Made by a program: the position numbers and the translations under genes. DNA of 64,000 bases, taken from NCBI RefSeq assembly GCF_009914755.1, contig NC_060941.1; one strand, written 5' to 3'. The notes beneath the pieces were generated by a model that saw only the letters and a program-made list of their open reading frames with translations, did not search any database and was not told the origin of the DNA. The stretch is from the human T2T-CHM13v2.0 reference genome, Homo sapiens. This document shows, piece by piece, positions 56,362-64,000 of the stretch (position 1 is its first letter; each line of letters begins with the position of its first letter).

Positions 56362-57144
56362 TGACTTTGTTTAACCCAGCATTTTTCAAGCTAATTTGAC
56401 CACAGAGATCTAGCAGCATCTGTTAACCGGACAAGCACATGAGGCACAAGCAGAGGGCTCTAAGAATCACCCTCCTTGGCTGCTGTCTGGTCTCAGGGTG
56501 CAGGGGAGAGTCTCTCCTGCATCCAAGTCTGCGCTGCCCAGAGTGTGAGCCCAGCCCACAGAGCTAGTGCCTGAGAGGAGTTTTTCCTTTCTTTTTCTGT
56601 CAACGGAGCTTCTCTCTCAAGCTTCTACTCCGCCTGGCTGTGTCAGTCTTAGGGTTTTCCTGTTTCTCTTTGGGGCTTCATGGGGGTTCTGAGATTTTAT
56701 GTGGGTTGAGATGGTGGTAGAAGAGGAAGGGCATGGACAGCTCCTCTGGTCAGTTGGGCAACTGCCATCTGGTCAATAGGGCACTGTCTCCCCTCAGGTC
56801 CAGTGGCTTTGGTGGCTTCCAGGCCATGAATGGGTCCTGGAAACTCCCCAAAGCTGCCCTTGTCCAATAGAACCCGCTACCGGCCTTCCACTCAGCCACT
56901 GCTTCACACTATGGCAGGGTGTGCGGTAGCTCCCTCCCTCTCCACTCCCCAGCCCAAACTAGGGGAGAATCAGGGGTCTGTCTTTAATTTTTTTTGTATC
57001 CTTTGATTTCAGACTTGCTTTTGAATAGATAGTATTAGTCAGGTGGCTTGAAACCCAGAAAGTATTGAAAGATATGATAGAAAGTCTTTTTTTCCTTCTT
57101 TTTCTCCAGCTGCCCAGTTCTTGCCTCCCCTTGAGTAAATAGTT

Positions 57145-57600
57145 TTATCGAAATATTATTCCCGTGCCATAAAGTTCACCTGTTTAAAGTGTACGGGTCT
57201 ATGTTTTTTAGTATTAATGTATTTACAGAGTTATGCAACTGTCACCATAATCTAATTTTAGAACATTTTGATCACCCTAAAAGGAAACTTTGTCAGTCTT
57301 CATTCCTCCCTAGCCACAGGCTACTACTAATCTATTCTCTGTCTTTATAGATTTACCTGTTTTGGACATTTCACATGAATGGAATCACACAGTACATGGT
57401 GTATTGTGACTAGTTTCTTCAACTTGGCATAATGTTTCCAAAGGTCATCTGTGTTATAGCATGTATCAGTAGTTCATTTTTATGGCCAAATAATATTCCA
57501 TTTTATGGATATATCATATGTGGTTTATCCATTCATCAGTCGGTGGACATTTGGGTTGTTTCTGCATTTTGGCCATTATTATTAATAATGGTTCCATGAA
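57145..57600 (-). mobile_element. L1MB/MC-type 3' fragment
   Basis: tttggacatttca.atgaatggaatca.acagta, ataatattccatt.tatggatata on minus strand. Confidence 0.8.
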
Positions 57601-57919
57601 GGCCAGGTGCAGTGGCTCACACCTGTAATCCCAGCACTTTGGGAGACTGAGGCAGGCAAGTCACTTGAGGCCAGGAGTTCAAGACCAGCCTGGCCAACAT
57701 GCAAAACCCTTTCTCTACTAAACACACAAAAATTAGCTGGGTGTGGTGACACATGCCTGCATTACAGGCATGCACCACCACGCCTGACTGATTTTTGTAT
57801 TTTTGTAGAGACAGGGTTCACCATGTTGCCCTGGCTGGTCTCAAACTCCTGGGCTCCAGCTGTCCACTTTCCTTGGCCTCCCAAAGTGCTGGGATTACAG
57901 GCGTGAACCACCATTGCCA
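57601..57919. mobile_element. Two Alu 5' halves fused in inverted orientation
   Basis: Plus-strand Alu 57601-57759 joined directly to minus-strand Alu 57761-57919. Confidence 0.88.
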
Positions 57920-59152
<1,233 letters not shown>

Positions 59153-59153
59153 A

Positions 59154-59696
<543 letters not shown>

Positions 59697-60679
59697 TCAG
59701 AGCTGCCCTTGCCCTTGTGCTAATGGGCGCTCCCTCTATTACATCACCTACCTGGCTCCCAGGGCCACCTGAGTTTGAGACCCCTGCTCTAGATTCATGT
59801 TACCAAATCCCCTTCCGGAGAACGTGTAGTCAGTGACACCACCACTCAGGATCCAGGAGAGAAACATTTTCACCAAACCCTGCTCAACACATTGACTTCC
59901 TCATTTCAGTGGGTAGGAGAGTGAGGTTCAGAGATGTTAAGTGACTTGCTCCAGGTCACACAGCCAGTCAGGACAGCGTCAGGACTGGAACCCAGTTCAT
60001 CTCATCCTGAATCCAGTGACCTGTCCTTGTGTCCCACAGGTTTCCTACAGCCGGGGAAGCCAAAGCATAGGGCTGGGAGCCCCATTCGAGGGCTCTGACG
60101 CTCAGAAACTCATCACAGCCCGCTCTGAGGCCCTCAGCTGGCACAGTTCCCAGCCAGGTGAGAGAAGAGGAGGAGTTCAGGCCCCTGAGTCTGGGAGCAG
60201 TTGCCGGTGGCCGGCTTCCTCCAGCATTGGTGGAGGGGGAGCCACCAGGGGGCATCTGCGTGCATAAGAGTCTTGGTCTTGGCTGCCCAGTTAGTCATGG
60301 GGCTGCCCAAGTATCTGCTCCTCCCCAAGTATCTGCTCCTCTTTTGCCAGGAGTGGAAGGAGCAGCTCAAAACCAGGCTGTGGCAGGTGCCACAGGAGAT
60401 GGGCTTCCCTGAGATTAGCACCTCCCTTTCCACCAGGAGCCGAGAATACTCAGGTTGCTCATTTGAACCCATATGGTGAAGTTTCCCTCTCTCTCTCTGG
60501 ATATTTATTCTGTAGTTTCGGTTTTCAAAAACAAAACCCTTCTGTAGCATGGAGTTCTCAGACTGGGTGCTGTCTCCAGTGTGTTCCTTGTGAAACAAAT
60601 GGATTTTGCTTGTGGTTGTGCGAAGTCTCATAATTACCCCAGGGAGGAGTGGTCCAGTTGTGAAAGGGGATGGAGTAGC

Positions 60680-60872
60680 ACATCAGCTTTGTGTTGGGGC
60701 TGTCCTGTGCGTCCTAGGATGGTTGGCAGCATCCCTGGACTCTACTCATTAGATGCCAGTAGATCACCTCCCTATCCCCCCCATTGTCATTGAGACAACC
60801 CCAGTGTCCCCAGGCACGGCTACCTGTCTCTTGATGGTGAGGGCAGAAGCATCTTGGTTGAGCGCTGCTGGT
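60680..60872. mobile_element. MER20-like hAT DNA transposon relic
   Basis: ggggctgtcctgtgc...aggat.gtt.gcagcatccctgg.ctctac.ca.tagatgccagtag motif. Confidence 0.7.
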
Positions 60873-61069
60873 GTAGAGACAGCCTGGATGAGAAGAGGAG
60901 AGAGATGAGAGGCTAAAGCCTCTTTGAGGTGAAGGTGCAGACTCTGGAGCCCAGCACGTGTCGTCAGCTGGGCCTCAGTGTTTCCCTGGACAGTGTTGCC
61001 CTTGGGTTTCCAGCCGTAAACAGCAGGAATAAATCCCACGAGAGGCTCATGCCTCATTCTCCGTTTGCT

Positions 61070-61452
61070 TCTTTTTTCCTTTTCTTTCCTTTCCTTTTTC
61101 CTTTTCCTTTCCTCTTTGTTTTTTTGAGACCGGGTCTTGCTCTGTCACCCGGACTGCAGTGCAGTGGTGCAGTTGTAGCTCAGTGCAGTGGTGCAGTTGT
61201 AGCTCACTGCAGCCTTGACTTCCTGGGCTCGAGGAATCCTCCCACCCCAGCCTCCTGAGTAGTTGGGACCACAGGCACGCACCACCATGCCCAGCTGATT
61301 GTATTGTTTTGGGGTTTTTTTTTTAGTATGTTTTGTAGAGATGGGGTCTCGCTGTGTTGCCCAGGTTGGTCTTGAACTCCTGGCCTCAAATAATCCTCCC
61401 ACCTTGGCCTCCCAAAATGCTGGGATACAGGCATGAGCCACCATGCCTGGCC
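61070..61452 (-). mobile_element. AluJ-like with internal ~24-bp tandem duplication
   Basis: cagtgcagtggtgcagttgtagct occurs twice in tandem. Confidence 0.9.
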
Positions 61453-61501
61453 TAAATTTCTAGTTTTGACAGATGTGCCAGGGTTATGCAGAATGTCATT
61501 C

Positions 61502-61695
61502 TTTTTTTTTTTTTTTGAGACGGAGTCTCGCTCTGTTGTCCAAGCTGGAGTGCAGTGGCGTGATCTCAGCTCACTGCAAGCTCCGCCTGCCAGGTTCCTG
61601 CCATTCTGCTGCCTCAACCTCCTGAGTAGCTGGGACTACAGGCGCCCGCCACCCCGCCCGGCTAATTTTTTGTATTTTTAGTAGAGACGGGGTTT
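61502..61695 (-). mobile_element. 5'-truncated AluY-like with TSD
   Basis: TSD gca[g/a]aatgtcattctt on both sides. Confidence 0.9.
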
Positions 61696-62199
61696 GCAAA
61701 ATGTCATTCTTAAGGAGAGTTGGATGGAAAGCACAGGCGAACTCTATCGTATCTGTTTAATTTTTCTGTAAATTTAAAGTCATTCAAAGAGTAAAAGTAA
61801 AAGTTCATTTTAAAAAACTGAGGAGGTTATCATTCCCTCTGTGTAAAAAGCACAGGAGGCTGGCCTACAGAGTCAGGCCGTGGTTGCAGGGGCAGTGCTG
61901 GGAGGGCCTGGGCATGTTCTGCTTCATGATCTGGGGGCTGGCGAGTTCCATCTGTAAGTCTTTGGAGCTGTGCACTCACAGCAGATGTAAGTCTTCATCT
62001 TACATCTGTAAGATGTAAGTTATATCATAATAACTTTTTGAAAGTTTAATTCATATAACAAGGTCAGGAAATGTCCATTTGGGCTGTGGCACCTCAGATG
62101 CTTATCCAGCCATGAGCCTTGGCCCGTACGCTTCTAGAAGCATCCACTCCCACATAGCATTTTCCAGACCCAGGGCACCTGGGGAACAAGGAGCAGGAT

Positions 62200-62670
62200 T
62201 GGGGAGATTTGAAGTTTCAAGTGGGGAGGTCAAGAAGAGTCAATGAGAAGGGGCCAATTGAGCAAGGAGCTGCAGAAGGCGTGGAGGGCCCTGAGAACAT
62301 TGCAAGTGGATGGCACAGAGCCAGGCCCTGAGGTGGGAGCCTGGCCAGTTGTGGGGACAGCAAAGAAGTCAATGAGAGCGGGAAAAAATGGGGTAAGGGA
62401 GATGGGTGGGAGGAGGTCAAGATTATGGGGGGTTGGGTGCTTTTCGAGGTCCTTGGCTTTGCCACAGTAGGGTGGGTGCTGTAGGGAAGGGTTTTGAGGG
62501 GAAGGGGCATGATCTGACTCAGGGTTCACAGGGTGCCTCCCTCCAGCTGCAGTGCTGAGAGCAGCTACGGGGGCAACCACTGGGAAATTGGGAGACCCAT
62601 TAGAATTGAATTGCAATGACCCCAGGGAGAGATGAGAGTGGCTTGAAGCAGGCATGAAGGTGGTGAGAAG
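62200..62670 (-). mobile_element. L2 relic
   Basis: gggttttgag..g.ggggcatgatctgact pattern; further short L2/MIR relics near 0.45-2.9, 13.9-14.1, 16.1-16.4, 51.3-51.6, 54.8-55.2 and 59.9-60.0 kb. Confidence 0.65.
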
Positions 62671-62792
62671 TGGTCAGATGCCTCTGCGGAGTGAAAGGGT
62701 AAACATCATAAAAGTTCTATTGTTTGGCCTGGTCAGATGCCTCTGCAGAGTGAAAGGGTAAACACCATAAAAGTTCTATCATCTGGCTGTCT

Positions 62793-63240
<448 letters not shown>

Positions 63241-63774
63241 CTATCATCCCATAAAACCACTCACTCCTCATTGCAGCCCTAGACTTGCTCTACCCACACA
63301 CTTCAAAGGGGGGCTCCGCGCTCTTCACCCTCCTGCACCCGCGCCCATCCAGGAGTCAGAGCAGGATGTTTTCCTCTAAGGGAAAGCAAAGCGAGTGTGC
63401 ACTCGTGCAGAATAGAGTTTGGGCCACTCATTTGATTTCTTTGTAGATTTTATTCTCGTCTTTTTTCCAATAAGAAACACCATAACTAATGACTTCAGAG
63501 AGGCTCTTCCTAGTGTATTTTTAAGAGGAGAGGCAGTATTAATAGTTACAGCCGCATGGCAGGTGGCCCTCTGTGACCCGTCACAGTGAACAGCAAGCTC
63601 TTGGGGCCCTCTTAGGTTTGCGCTTTGAGGCTCCTGCCTGCCCTGGTGGTTCTAGAGTCCCCCAGATTACCAGGCCTGAGGCTTCTGAACATCCCCTAAA
63701 CACAGCCTAACTTCCCAACAGTCTCCTTCCCCTTGGGGAGTCTCCAAAAGGAGATTTTTTTTTTTTTTTTGGAG

Positions 63775-64000
63775 ACAGAATCTCGCTCTGTCACCCAGGC
63801 TGGAGTGCAGTGGTGTGATCTCAGCTCACCCAAGTAGCTGGGAATACAGGAGTATGCTACCATGCCCAGCTAATTTTTTAGTAAAAACAGGGTTTCACCA
63901 TGTTGGCCAGGCTGGCCTCAAACTCCTGGCCTCAAGTGACCCACCCACATCGGCCTCCCGAAGAGCTAGGATTACAGGCATGAGCCATCCCTGCCCAGCC
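63775..64000 (-). mobile_element. Alu with internal deletion
   Basis: agctcac joined directly to ccaagtagctggg. Confidence 0.9.

Overview
Primate (very probably human) repeat-rich genomic DNA with no intact protein-coding gene, RNA gene or CRISPR array; nearly all ORFs in the six-frame track are chance, Alu or L1 ORFs. Recognisable content: (1) a minus-strand, intron-containing, 5'-truncated pseudogene fragment of the TBC1D3/TBC1D26-29/USP6 (USP6NL-derived) family at ~22.5-27.0 kb, suggesting (not proving) a chr17-type segmental-duplication setting; (2) a decayed LTR-less class III (ERVL-type) provirus body (pro-pol-env-like, minus strand, ~29.3-35.85 kb) carrying a nested MER57-type LTR and an L1 3'-transduction with a 20-bp TSD; (3) the most striking structure, an old ~0.87-kb imperfect palindrome centred at 37605/37606 that builds a mirror-image bidirectional promoter (CCAAT, TATA-like box, first exon, identical GTGAGT donor on each strand), whose right-hand downstream block is also tandemly duplicated (38.0-41.6 vs 41.8-45.0 kb) together with a degenerate ~40-bp minisatellite; (4) many Alu, L1, L2, MIR, MaLR and ERV1 LTR relics. 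Family and subfamily names come from recalled consensus/protein sequences, not from a database search; boundaries of old repeats are approximate.
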